From Vicugna vicugna (Eukaryota), in NCBI GenBank assembly GCA_013265495.1, contig MU058423.1:6867449-6931448 (forward strand): DNA of 64,000 nucleotides, read 5' to 3'. The translations under genes were made by a program, and so were the position numbers. Positions 63,393-64,000 of this stretch are shown here, piece after piece. Position 1 is the first letter of the stretch. Each line of letters starts with the position of its first letter. Under the pieces are notes generated by a model that was given only the letters and a program-made list of their open reading frames with translations, had not been told where the DNA came from and made no database searches.

Positions 63393-64000
63393 AGTGCTCA
63401 CAAAGTGCTCAGGAGCTGAAAATAATGCAACACATGGACCGACTCTCTGTTTTCATAAGACATTTTAGGGGTGTCAGAATCCAAAAAACACAATCACAAC
63501 AAAATTAATTTGAATTCATGTAATAAGCATATGACTTAAAATCATATGGGAAAAGATAAAAAGATGGTGGTAAACCTACTAAATTATTGCAGCAGTTTGT
63601 AACTCAGAAGAGCCTGAGGTTATTCAAGCCAGACTCAAATGCTTCTCTTTCTCCGAGGTTTTTCCAGATTATGCAAATTTAGTCCCCTTTGGATAGTTCT
63701 TCAGATGTAAGCATCCATTCAGACAGTGAGTGTGGTCTCATTTAATGGACCCATTATCTCTGGTTTTGCTCCATCCTGGGTTCTCTGCCTTTATTACAGA
63801 GTTCATTTTGGAAACTTGTCTTCAAAGCAATTGATAGATCTGATTTCTGTCCAACATACCAAACACTCTTCATAGGAGCTTATAGTGTTTAAAACTAAAA
63901 TTTTTGGAAGTGTAATAGTTCACGTGGAAACTCTCTGCCCTAAACTCTTACTGCCTTTGTCTGGACCACACAGTTGAGCAGTTGGTTAGCTACTTATTAG

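Noticed and set aside
1..64000. A novel multi-gene system (defence island, operon, CRISPR-like locus)
   Set aside because: The DNA is eutherian and dominated by fossil repeats. There are no long ORFs, operon structure, repeat-spacer arrays or intact transposase/RT genes.

Overview
This is AT-rich, CpG-depleted eutherian (placental mammal) genomic DNA, intronic/intergenic in character, not prokaryotic. Much of it is recognisable fossil interspersed repeat: old L1M LINE-1 fragments, L2, MIR, CR1/L3, MaLR solo LTRs (MLT1A/C/F), MER21- and MER34-like and other ERV1 solo LTRs, and hAT DNA transposons (MER5, MER58B, Charlie4a, MER63A). Several are nested, and several still show target-site duplications (TSDs). 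I saw no Alu, B1/B2, Bov-tA/BovB, PRE-1, CHR or Can-SINE copies; together with the style of the youngest L1 3' ends this suggests a cetartiodactyl, possibly a camelid (inference). None of the listed ORFs is a convincing intact gene. A strong 62-nt exon candidate at 149-210 and downstream acceptor/poly(A) signals may be the 3' end of an unidentified + strand gene. A few repeat-free segments carry enhancer-like motif clusters (MEF2/RUNX/E-box near 45.1 kb; PU.1/RUNX near 58.6 kb). I found no evidence of a novel multi-gene biological system. Repeat family names come from recalled consensus similarity, not a database search, and most boundaries are approximate.
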